Assembly: GCA_964486045.1 (NCBI GenBank)
Contig: CAZALK010000030.1
Location: forward strand, 1-22,102
DNA length: 22,102 nt
Reading direction: 5' to 3'
Source of the DNA: an uncultured archaeon
Lineage (GTDB): Archaea > Asgardarchaeota > Lokiarchaeia > Sigyniarchaeales > SOKP01
Shown here: positions 9,651 through 18,264 of the stretch, in pieces
Numbering within the stretch: the first letter of the stretch is position 1
Layout: each line of letters opens with the position of its first letter
Notes under the pieces: generated by a model
Database searches by the model: none
The model's input: only the letters and a program-made list of their open reading frames with translations
What the model was told of the DNA's origin: nothing
Made by a program: the position numbers and the translations under genes

Positions 9651-10451
9651 ATGCCCTACATTGACAATGAAGGAGTCAAAATTTATTATGAAATAGAAGG
9701 AGAAGGACCACCGGTAGTAATGATTCATGGTTTTGCATCTAGTCTTGAAGGTAACTGGAAACAAACAAATTGGGTAAAAGTACTAAAAGAAAACTATCGT
9801 CTAATACTTATAGATTGCCGAGGTCACGGGAAAAGTGATAAACCTCATGATGAGGCGAATTATGGACAAAAAATGACTGATGATGTGGTCAAACTTATGG
9901 ATCACTTGTCAGTTGAAAAAGCAAATTTCTTAGGTTATTCAATGGGCGCTTATATGACATTTCGATTATTATTAAGCAAACCTCATCTCTTTATTTCAGC
10001 AATTTTAGGTGGTTTTGTTTTGAGATTAATGCAAGATGAAAAAGAAAGATCTAATTTTAGAGAATCCACGATACGGAGAGTAGAAGCATTTAGAGCAGAA
10101 AGTATAGATGATGTTAAAGATCCTATGGCTCGTGGATTTCGACAATTTGCTGAATTGGGGGGTAATGATCTAAAAGCTTTAGCGGCTGTAACTGCTGGTG
10201 GTTTTCAAGAACGTTCTGAAGCTTTAGAATCTCCAAAACAATTAAAAGAAGCATTGAAAAAGATTGAAATACCTGTAATGACTGTTGTAGCATCAAATGA
10301 ACTTATACCCGGTGACAAAACACTAATCGCTCAATTAGTACCTAATGCATGTCACTTCCAAATCCAAGGAAGGGACCATCTTACCGTTGTCCCAGATCCT
10401 AAATTTCATATGGTTGTTAAAGCATTTTTAGGCTATATAAATAAGAAATAG
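9651..10451 (+). CDS. Alpha/beta-fold hydrolase
   Basis: HGF oxyanion motif, DCRGHGKS, nucleophile elbow GYSMG and His in GRDH. RBS GAGGAG at 9637-9642. Lies 15 bp after the previous gene, so probably an operon. Confidence 0.92.
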   Translation: MPYIDNEGVKIYYEIEGEGPPVVMIHGFASSLEGNWKQTNWVKVLKENYRLILIDCRGHGKSDKPHDEANYGQKMTDDVVKLMDHLSVEKANFLGYSMGAYMTFRLLLSKPHLFISAILGGFVLRLMQDEKERSNFRESTIRRVEAFRAESIDDVKDPMARGFRQFAELGGNDLKALAAVTAGGFQERSEALESPKQLKEALKKIEIPVMTVVASNELIPGDKTLIAQLVPNACHFQIQGRDHLTVVPDPKFHMVVKAFLGYINKK

Positions 10452-10781
10452 ATTTGAGGAGATTTATATTTTTTTTTATTGAGCAGTGGAAAAGTAAAAA
10501 GAACGAGTTTGTTATGCATATCAAGCATGTTTATTCGCGCTTCTATCTATACCCATCTCTAATTTATTTGCCTTTTTCTTCTGATAATGAAGAACTATAA
10601 AACTACTTATTAATTAGGGGTATTCCACTAAGGTTCCTGTTTACGGCAGACCTATTAATAATCCCAGAATAGAATCTATAAAATTTAAATCATCACCACA
10701 TTTTTCGGGTAATGATATAAATGGATTTATAGATCGGACTTATTATTTAAATCGATTATTGATTTAATCCAGAAAATTGGA

Positions 10782-11534
10782 TTATGATTTATGAATTTCC
10801 TTCAAATTACTCACTTTTTCTTTTTCGTGTTTTTTAATTTCTTCAAACATTTCCTTCTCCCATTTAAAAGCCTTTTTTTCTTCTTCGAGATTCAAGCTCT
10901 CTTGTTCAAATTTCTCTTTTTCTTCTTTGAATTTAAGTTTTTCTTGGTCAAATTTTTCTCTTTCTTCTTTAAATTTAAGTATTTCTTGTGCAAATTCGTC
11001 TTTTTCTTGAATTTCTGTTTCATAATTATCTAATTCTTTTGTCTCGATTCCCTTACTCACATTTTTTTTATTAAGCTCCAATTCTTCTTGCTCTTGAATG
11101 GCACTATTTTGTATTATTTCTAAAAATTTATTCTCTTCATTCACAATTGATTTTAAATTATTGGAAAATGCTAAAACAATTATTTTTCTAGCAATTTTGA
11201 TAGCTTTCTCATAATTCCCGTCAGAATGGTATCTAATTTTGAGATTCTGCAGATCGGCAATCTCTCTTCTAATTTTATTTGTTCTTTGCTCTTTTTCCTC
11301 AGAGATTTTTCCTTTGCCCGATTGTTGACTTTTTATTAGTCCACTTTGCAATTTCGCTTCTACAACACGGCTTTCTTCCCTTGCTATGTCATCGAGGTTG
11401 TCTAACTTTGAGAGGATACTGTTCTTTTTATTTCCTTCTGGAACTTCATTAGTAGTTCCCAATTTCTTTTCTTCTGATTTTTTCTCCTTTAGTTTCTTTT
11501 TCTTTTCCTTCTCTTTTTTAGTTTCAGAATTCAA
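10782..11534 (-). CDS. Hypothetical charged coiled-coil protein with central MIT/TPR-like helical module and 14-aa repeats
   Basis: Lys/Glu-rich 250-aa ORF with a central GNYEKAIKIARKIIVLA and C-terminal (EKFxQExLKFKEEx)-type repeats. The TTG start is uncertain. Confidence 0.75.
   Translation of the reverse strand: MNSETKKEKEKKKKLKEKKSEEKKLGTTNEVPEGNKKNSILSKLDNLDDIAREESRVVEAKLQSGLIKSQQSGKGKISEEKEQRTNKIRREIADLQNLKIRYHSDGNYEKAIKIARKIIVLAFSNNLKSIVNEENKFLEIIQNSAIQEQEELELNKKNVSKGIETKELDNYETEIQEKDEFAQEILKFKEEREKFDQEKLKFKEEKEKFEQESLNLEEEKKAFKWEKEMFEEIKKHEKEKVSNLKEIHKS
10878..11003. repeat. 3 x 42-bp imperfect coding tandem repeat
   Basis: Units at 10878-10919, 10920-10961 and 10962-11003 each start ttcttctt and contain tcttg..caaatt. 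Confidence 0.85.
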
Positions 11535-11817
11535 ATTTCTAATTCATTCCAGATTTTTTATGATCTCTAATTTTAATTTCTCTTTTCATCCATAATAAAA
11601 TAATGTGAATATAAAAGTTTGGTATAGTGGACATCCTCGTTGAGTTTAGCGTTAATCCAAGGGAAATTTAAAATATGGCGCCTTGAACCTAATTTGGTTC
11701 GAATTTTTAATGTAGGATTTCTAGTATCTTCACAAGTTTAAGAAGGAGGATTATAACAAGGTAAATTTATTTTTGAATAACCAATCATTTTTATTACAGA
11801 AAAAAAAATTATGTAAA

Positions 11818-12363
11818 ATGTCAAAATTTTTAGAGAACATACGGGGGAAGATTAAAAAGCTTCCTAGTTTATTAGTGAAACGCTTAATGAGCATAAACTT
11901 ATCGGGGGATCTGATAGAAATTACATTCCCTTCAATTCTTATAAGCCATACCATTAAGGGTTTTCTTGAGGATCTGATTATTAAAATAGACAATGATACT
12001 ATTTATGATATAAACATATTTCCATCTGATTTTGAGGTAAAATTCAATAATACATTATATCAGAATCAAGATTTGTCAGAAATTTATTATAGATCTTTAA
12101 AGATTGGAGATAAATTACACATCATTATTCCTAATCGATTTAGTATTTCGGTTGGAACATATAAAATCCTAATTGAAACACCCAGTTCAGGTAGGAGGAT
12201 AAGCTTTGATAGAAATATTTCTTCCTCAACAGAAAAGATCGAAGAACAAAAACCTCAACTTGTTCTTAGAGAAGTCCATAAGAGATGTGATTATTGTAGA
12301 AAAGAAATTTTGGACCCAAATCAAACCATTTGTGAATACTGTGGTTCCGAATTAGAAAATTAG
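11818..12363 (+). CDS. Hypothetical protein with C-terminal zinc ribbon
   Basis: C-terminal CDYC-x11-CEYCG with a beta-rich-looking middle. The ORF track starts at TTG 11773; ATG 11818 (MSKFLE) is preferred. Confidence 0.75.
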   Translation: MSKFLENIRGKIKKLPSLLVKRLMSINLSGDLIEITFPSILISHTIKGFLEDLIIKIDNDTIYDINIFPSDFEVKFNNTLYQNQDLSEIYYRSLKIGDKLHIIIPNRFSISVGTYKILIETPSSGRRISFDRNISSSTEKIEEQKPQLVLREVHKRCDYCRKEILDPNQTICEYCGSELEN

Positions 12364-12476
12364 TGATCTAATAACATTTTATTGAGTTTTTCCGTAGTGT
12401 TGTTTGTGATACTGATTCATTTGAAAACTTTTCCTAAATAGGTATATTTTTTATGCAATAGTATTTTTTTTTCTGT

Positions 12477-13925
12477 ATGACTTCCGAACTAACTCTTGAT
12501 CCAGAAGATTGGGAAAATTTAAAGACTTTAGGACATAAAATGCTTGATGATATGTTAGATCATCTCAGAGATATTAGAAGACACCCGGTATGGCAACAAA
12601 TACCAAAAGAAGTTAAATTAAAATTTAAAATGCCTATTCCAAACAAGTCTCAAGCTAGAGAGGAAATATATAAAGAATTCAAACAGAATATATTACCCTA
12701 TCCCTTAGGAAATATTCACCCTCGCTTTTGGGGATGGGTAGCAGGATCTGGGACACCTTTTGGGATACTGGCAGAGATGTTAACTGCTACTATGAACACA
12801 AATGTTGCTGGGGGAGAACAAATAGCCAATTATGTTGAGACTCAGGTTATAGATTGGACAAAAAAATTGCTTGGATATGATCCTAGTGCTTCTGGCTTAC
12901 TTGTATCAGGAGCTTCCATAGCAAATCTTATTGGATTAACTGTTGCTCGAAACACAAAAGCAAATTATAACATTATTAAAGACGGTGTACAACCTAGTCA
13001 AAAAAGTCTTTTATTTTATGGATCTACTGAGATGCATAGTTCAATAGATAAGGCAATACAGCTGTTAGGATTAGGACTTAATTCGCTAAAAAAAATAACT
13101 GTGAATAATAAATTTGAGATTCGATTAGATATACTTAATGATACAATAGAAGCCGATATTAAAGCAGGACATCAACCAATATGCATTATTGGGAATGCTG
13201 GTACAGTAAATACTGGATCGATTGATGATTTAAATAGCTTGGCTGAAATCGCTAAGAAATTTAATATGTGGTTTCATGTTGATGGTGCTTTTGGTGTCTG
13301 GTGCAAACTTTCTCCTCACTCAAAAAGTCTTGTAGACGGTATAGAACGTGCAAATAGTATCGCTTTTGATTTTCATAAATGGATGTATGTGAATTATGAT
13401 GTAGGGTGCATACTTGTTAGGAGTAGAAAAGATCATTATAATGCATTTAATTTTAGTGGAGACTATAATGCCCATCTAGAAAGAGGGACAGGTAGTGGTG
13501 ATGTTTGGTTCTCAAACTATGGCCCTCAACTATCTAGAGGATTTAGGGCACTAAAAATATGGATGACTTTTAAAGAAAATGGCATTAGGAAGTTAGGTAA
13601 ACTTATAGAACAAAACATTCAACAAGCTAAATATCTTTCAGATATTATTAAAAGTGCAAAAAAACTGGAGCTTCTCGCTCCAACTAGAATGAATGTAGTT
13701 AATTTTAGGTATAATGATGAATTAACTAAAGTAGGTGCTCTCAATAAGCTAAATAAAGAAATATTATATCAACTTCAAGAAAAAGGAATTGCAGTCCCGT
13801 CAAATACATTGATCAATGGAAATTTCGCAATACGAGTTGCAATTGTAAACCATAGATCCAAGCGAGAGGATTTTGAAGTATTAATCAATTCTGTTTTAGA
13901 CATTGGAGAAAAATTAGAAATTTAA
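12477..13925 (+). CDS. Group II PLP-dependent amino-acid decarboxylase (aromatic-L-amino-acid decarboxylase-like)
   Basis: HPRFWGW, SGASIAN, HSSIDKA, AGTVNTGSID, WFHVDGAFG, PLP-lysine motif DFHKW and LSRGFRALKIW. The substrate cannot be determined by eye. Confidence 0.92.
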   Translation: MTSELTLDPEDWENLKTLGHKMLDDMLDHLRDIRRHPVWQQIPKEVKLKFKMPIPNKSQAREEIYKEFKQNILPYPLGNIHPRFWGWVAGSGTPFGILAEMLTATMNTNVAGGEQIANYVETQVIDWTKKLLGYDPSASGLLVSGASIANLIGLTVARNTKANYNIIKDGVQPSQKSLLFYGSTEMHSSIDKAIQLLGLGLNSLKKITVNNKFEIRLDILNDTIEADIKAGHQPICIIGNAGTVNTGSIDDLNSLAEIAKKFNMWFHVDGAFGVWCKLSPHSKSLVDGIERANSIAFDFHKWMYVNYDVGCILVRSRKDHYNAFNFSGDYNAHLERGTGSGDVWFSNYGPQLSRGFRALKIWMTFKENGIRKLGKLIEQNIQQAKYLSDIIKSAKKLELLAPTRMNVVNFRYNDELTKVGALNKLNKEILYQLQEKGIAVPSNTLINGNFAIRVAIVNHRSKREDFEVLINSVLDIGEKLEI

Positions 13926-13964
13926 GCATTTTAGGTCTTTAATTCACTAATTAGACAATCTAAA

Positions 13965-14621
13965 GTGAACTTGGATAAATACTTTAAACTAAAAATAAAA
14001 AAATTTATAAGATTTTTTATTAAAAGAAAGAAAAGAGAAATAAATGAAGAACAGAAAAAACAGCTCCAAATTATTCTGAATAGTGCAAATCATTTGCATG
14101 AATTGATTGATGATGCGATTGATACAAGTAAAATTGAGGCCAGCAAATTAATTGTAAGAAAGGTTCAATATAATCTAGTTGAAGAAATATTCAAATTGAA
14201 AGATACGTTTAGTATTGCTACTGAACAGAAAGGGCTTCAATTTTTCATTGATGCTCCAGAATTTCTCACAATTCGGAAGGATAAAAAGAGGATAAACCAA
14301 ATTTTAGTAAATTTAATTGGGAACGCTATCAAATTTACTGAAGAAGGAAAAATATCTATAATAATTCAAAAAACTCTTGGAAATGTTGAAATTTCAGTTA
14401 AAGATACCGGTTTAGGAATTAAAAAGGAGGATTTAGTAAAATTATTCAAACCCTTTAGCCGGATTATCATACCGGGAATAATTACGGAGGGCACTGGTTT
14501 AGGTCTTTATCTCTCACAGAAGTTAGCTAATCTATTAGGTGGAGAATTGTTCGTTGAAAGTGAATTTGGGAAAGGAAGTACTTTCAAATTAGAAGTAAAA
14601 TTACTTGTTGAGAAGAATTAG
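13965..14621 (+). pseudogene. Histidine kinase C-terminal fragment (second DHp helix + HATPase_c) lacking H-box and sensor
   Basis: N box QILVNLIGNAIKFT, G1 VKDTGLGI, F box LFKPF, G2 GTGLGL and GKGSTF are present. No HE(L/I)RTP/HDxxN motif occurs upstream of EINEEQKKQL. The N-terminal ~25 codons are AT-rich and low in complexity. Confidence 0.65.
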
Positions 14622-14903
14622 GCATTATTAATAGAAATTAATAAAACAAGATTTTTTTTTCTATATCTTTATATTTTATTAGCATTTATTTCAAACCAAA
14701 ATTATTCTGATTTAGTGCATCAATTTTTCAATTTTTATATCATACACTTATGTGTGAATAGCGGTCTTCCGGGATTTTATAACATCACAGGGTTACCGTA
14801 GTCTCACACCGCACAAGATTTTACAGTAAAGTATAAAAAGAAAGTATCAAATTATCACATTATATTTTTATCCGGTGGATTAAAACTAGGAGCCACCTCA
14901 ATC

Positions 14904-16835
14904 ATGCTTGAGAAAAGAATTAAAAGTGAAGAATTATATTTAACTATACTCAAAAGTATAGGAGATGGGGTTATTGTCACAGATATTGATGCAAATATAG
15001 TTTTTATGAATAATATTGCCGAACGTTTAACAAACTGGTCAAAAAGTGAAGCTATAGATAAACCAATAGAATTAGTGTTCAATATAATTAATGAAGAAAC
15101 TTTACAATCTGTTGAAAATCCAGTTAAAAAGGTCCTTAGAGAACGTCACGTAGTTGGACTAGCAAACCACTCCATTTTAATCGGAAAAGATGGAAATGAA
15201 ACATTTATCGATGATAGTGGATCAATGGTGACGGATGAAAATGGAAACTTAATTGGGGTTGTATTAATTTTCCGTGATATAGGGCAACGCAGGAAAATTG
15301 AACAGAAACTAAAAATGAAAAGTCATAATCTAGGAGAAAGAGTTAAAGAGCTTTCATGTCTCTACAACATCTCTAGATTAGCTCAACAGACTAACCTTTC
15401 AATAGGCCAATTTTTTGAAAAAATAATAGAGTTAATTCCCCCAGCTTGGCAGTATCCAGAAATCACTTGTGTAAAAATAGTTATTAAAGAGCAGGAATTT
15501 AAATCTAAGAATTTTAGTAGCACAAGATGGGTTCAAAAATCTGATATTACAGAACATGGGAAGATTGTTGGGAATGTACAAGTGATATACTTAAAAAAAA
15601 TGCGCGAAATTGACGAAGGTCCATTCTTAAAGGAGGAAAGAAACTTAATTAATACTATATCTGAACTCTTAGGAAGATATTTCGAGCGTAAAGAAGTAGA
15701 GAAGATAGTCATAAATTCAGAAAAGAAATACAAAGATTTAAGTGAAGAAATGGAAGTGATTTTAGATCATATTCCTGGTTTAGTGTTCTATAAAGATGCT
15801 CAAAATCACTTTCTCAGAGTTAATAAATATCTTGCTGATGCACAAAACATGCCTAAAGAGGCTTTAATTGGAAAAAGCTTATTTGATCTCTATCAGAAGG
15901 AAGAAGCTCAAGCTTATTGGGATGATGATTTAGAAGTTATTAGGAGCGGGAATCCTAAATTAGATTTTGAGGAGCCATGGAATACTCCAGAAGGAGACAA
16001 ATGGGTTTCAACTAGTAAAATTCCATATAAAGATAAGGATGGCAATGTTACAGGAATTATCGGAATATCCAGCGATATCACCAAGCGTAAGAATTATGAA
16101 ATTCAATTACTGAAATCAGAGGAGAAGTATTTTGTGGCATATAATCGAGCAGAATTCTATAAAGATCTGTTTGCTCACGACATAAATAACATTCTTCAGA
16201 GTATTATAACTGCATTAGATATACAAGATATAAAATTTAAAGAATTAAAAAACCCAAAAGAATTCATTGAAATTAATAATATTATGAAAGAACAGGTTAC
16301 TAGGGGTGCAAAATTAGTTTCAAACATTCGAAAATTATCTTTAATCGAAGAAAAGGAAATAAATCTTCAAAAAACCAATTTCATTCACTTATTACAGAAG
16401 TCAATTAACTTCATAAAAAAAAGTTTTAAGCATCAAGATATTGAAATTCAAGTTAAACAAGAAGAAAATTCACAATATGTTAAAGCAAATGAATTATTGG
16501 AGGATGTTTTTGAAAATATCTTAATTAATGGAGTGAAATACATTCAAAATCCAAAAAAAGAACTTTTTGTAAGAATATCAGATGAAAAAAGAAATAATAT
16601 AGAATATGTTAGGATGGAATTTATTGATAATGGTATAGGAATTCCAGATTCAATAAAAGGAAAAATTTTTGAAAGATCATTTAATGAAGGAAGAAGTATT
16701 AGGGGTATGGGCTTAGGTTTATCTCTTGTAAAAAAGATTATTGAAACCTATAGTGGAGATGTGTGGGTTGAAAATAAAGTAGAAGAAGATCATACAAAAG
16801 GGAGTAAATTTGTAATTTTAATCCCTGTGGACTAA
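14904..16835 (+). CDS. Cytoplasmic PAS-(GAF-like)-PAS sensor histidine kinase
   Basis: PAS1 SIGDGVIVTD...MN..AE.LT.W...VLIFRDI. Middle LGERVKEL.CLY...IPPAWQYPE domain. PAS2 IPGLVFYKD...VN...ISSDIT.RK. H-box FAHDINNILQ, N box ENILINGVKY, G1 DNGIGI, G2 GMGLGL. No transmembrane stretch seen. Confidence 0.93.
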   Translation: MLEKRIKSEELYLTILKSIGDGVIVTDIDANIVFMNNIAERLTNWSKSEAIDKPIELVFNIINEETLQSVENPVKKVLRERHVVGLANHSILIGKDGNETFIDDSGSMVTDENGNLIGVVLIFRDIGQRRKIEQKLKMKSHNLGERVKELSCLYNISRLAQQTNLSIGQFFEKIIELIPPAWQYPEITCVKIVIKEQEFKSKNFSSTRWVQKSDITEHGKIVGNVQVIYLKKMREIDEGPFLKEERNLINTISELLGRYFERKEVEKIVINSEKKYKDLSEEMEVILDHIPGLVFYKDAQNHFLRVNKYLADAQNMPKEALIGKSLFDLYQKEEAQAYWDDDLEVIRSGNPKLDFEEPWNTPEGDKWVSTSKIPYKDKDGNVTGIIGISSDITKRKNYEIQLLKSEEKYFVAYNRAEFYKDLFAHDINNILQSIITALDIQDIKFKELKNPKEFIEINNIMKEQVTRGAKLVSNIRKLSLIEEKEINLQKTNFIHLLQKSINFIKKSFKHQDIEIQVKQEENSQYVKANELLEDVFENILINGVKYIQNPKKELFVRISDEKRNNIEYVRMEFIDNGIGIPDSIKGKIFERSFNEGRSIRGMGLGLSLVKKIIETYSGDVWVENKVEEDHTKGSKFVILIPVD

Positions 16836-16860
16836 ATCTAACAAAAATTAAATTTATTTT

Positions 16861-16867
16861 GAGGTGA
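16861..16867 (+). promoter_or_regulatory. Shine-Dalgarno GAGGTGA for the response regulator
   Basis: Strong archaeal-type SD 6 nt before ACG 16874. Confidence 0.75.
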
Positions 16868-16873
16868 CTTAAA

Positions 16874-17236
16874 ACGACTTCAATATTTATAGTCGAAGAC
16901 GATTTCTCACTGCAAAAATTATATACTAAAGTATTAAAGTTATCTGGTTTTGAGGTTATCGGTACTGCAAATAATGGATTAGATGCAGTTACAAAGCTTA
17001 AATCTTTTTCCAAAGAACCTGATGTTATTTTAATGGATCATAGAATGCCGATTAAAAATGGGATTGAAGCGACAAAAGAAATATTAAATTCTAACAATCA
17101 CTCAAAAATAATTTTTGCTAGCGCTGACAATTTGGTTAAGGAAATAGCTTTATCAATTGGAGCTTTTCAATTCATAGAAAAACCTTTTAAAATTCATGAA
17201 TTAGTAGAGAAAATTAAATATGTCTTAAGTTGTTGA
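16874..17236 (+). CDS. Stand-alone CheY-like response regulator (120 aa); start codon reads ACG
   Basis: The frame upstream of ORF-track Met 17033 reads (ACG)TSIFIVEDDFSLQKLYTKVLKLSGFEVIGTANNGLDAV...PDVILMDHRMPIKNG...IIFASA...GAFQFIEKPF. The acidic pocket EDD, phospho-Asp, Ser and KPF are all present. An in-frame TGA lies at 16865. Confidence 0.88.
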   Translation, partial: TTSIFIVEDDFSLQKLYTKVLKLSGFEVIGTANNGLDAVTKLKSFSKEPDVILMDHRMPIKNGIEATKEILNSNNHSKIIFASADNLVKEIALSIGAFQFIEKPFKIHELVEKIKYVLSC

Positions 17237-17298
17237 TGTAGCAAAATTATAATTAAATTTGTTTCCAACATTAGGATTTCTTTTTTCAAATGAAATTA

Positions 17299-18258
17299 TC
17301 ATGACTTCTTCTTTATGAATTTATTTAATTTGCGAGTGTATGTTTCGATAGTCTCATAATATTGAAGTTCAGATGCTAGATCAATTATAGAATAACACAA
17401 TTCAGCAGCCCGTTCATAATCCTTATTTTTAGAGCTAATATTGACAGATTTTATTAAACTACCAAGTTTTTCTTTTTTTTTATCTATAAGTTCAACACTT
17501 TTTTGCAGAATTGTACTTACATCTGCATTATGTATGTTTATCAAAACTGTTTCAATTTCCGTAGCTAATTCATATATTCTGACAGGGTCTTCTATATCCC
17601 AATTTAAATAGATAGGTAAACTAGCGTACAATTTTAATAAATCATTATTAAATAATACCAAGACTTTGGCAGGGATATCTAAAATAGGGCGCTCGGGGTA
17701 TTTGTAAAAATTAATTCCTATAATAAAATGATCTTCAAGAGTAATAGATAAATAGATTTTGGCATTTGAGACAGATTCTATAAATTCTGTTTGAAAGTAA
17801 TACATTAAATCCTTTGCTTCTTCTGCGATTAGTATTTCCTTATCAACAAGCTCAGAAGTGCTAACTTCTACCTTTGTAGGTCCATCTTCTTTTGGAATAG
17901 ATTCTTTTTCTATTTGAGTAGATTCGTCTTCTAATTGAGTAGGTTCTTCTTCTAATTGAGTATGTGCTTCTTCTAATTGAGGATCAATTTCTTCAATTGA
18001 AAGGGACTCTTCAATTTTTTGAAAGGAAGTCTCTTTCTCACGTGGAGATTTCTTGAATTCCGTTTCTTCTTTTATTTCAGCAATTTGTTGTAAAATATTT
18101 CTTAATTCTTCTTCTAGCACAGTTTTTTGAGTTTTAAATTCCTCCAAAGAAATTGCTGATCTTGCTAATTTCCCCTTAATACCTTGTATGTCTATAACAA
18201 TCTCCTTTATCCTAATTTTTAACTCGTTGATCTTTTCTAATAATTGTTGTTCACTCAT
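17299..18258 (-). CDS. Hypothetical: N-terminal coiled coil, acidic repeat linker, UEV/E2-fold-like domain, C-terminal MIT/TPR-like helices
   Basis: 319-aa ORF 6 bp downstream of the degenerate actin-like gene, with a GGAGA SD inside that gene's end. Central IGINFYKYPERP...LPIYLNWDIEDP..IYEL pattern. The CDS is secure; the domain calls are tentative. Confidence 0.7.
   Translation of the reverse strand: MSEQQLLEKINELKIRIKEIVIDIQGIKGKLARSAISLEEFKTQKTVLEEELRNILQQIAEIKEETEFKKSPREKETSFQKIEESLSIEEIDPQLEEAHTQLEEEPTQLEDESTQIEKESIPKEDGPTKVEVSTSELVDKEILIAEEAKDLMYYFQTEFIESVSNAKIYLSITLEDHFIIGINFYKYPERPILDIPAKVLVLFNNDLLKLYASLPIYLNWDIEDPVRIYELATEIETVLINIHNADVSTILQKSVELIDKKKEKLGSLIKSVNISSKNKDYERAAELCYSIIDLASELQYYETIETYTRKLNKFIKKKS
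17898..17981. repeat. 4 x 21-bp imperfect coding tandem repeat
   Basis: tagattctttttctatttgag / tagattcgtcttctaattgag / taggttcttcttctaattgag / tatgtgcttcttctaattgag, encoding QLEEAHT-QLEEEPT-QLEDEST-QIEKES on the minus strand. Confidence 0.92.
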
Positions 18259-18264
18259 TCTATA

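Noticed and set aside
10520-10740. Possible decayed minus-strand coding remnant (…PEKCGDDLNFIDSILGLLIGLP*TGTLVEYP*LISS…)
   Set aside because: It has multiple stops and no recognisable homology, so it cannot be supported without a search.
11621-11704. tRNA-like words GGTATAGTGG (D-loop-like) and GGTTCGAAT (T-loop-like)
   Set aside because: No T-stem closure (followed by TTTT, not CC) and no acceptor stem. Only a short GAACC/GGTTC hairpin is present. tRNAscan-SE would settle it.
14751-14817. SECIS or known riboswitch
   Set aside because: No tandem G.A core with a matching helix, no recognisable riboswitch consensus, and no nearby gene with an in-frame TGA.
10878-17981. CRISPR array or IS element
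   Set aside because: The only tandem repeats are in-frame coding repeats without spacers. No cas, transposase or terminal inverted repeats were seen.
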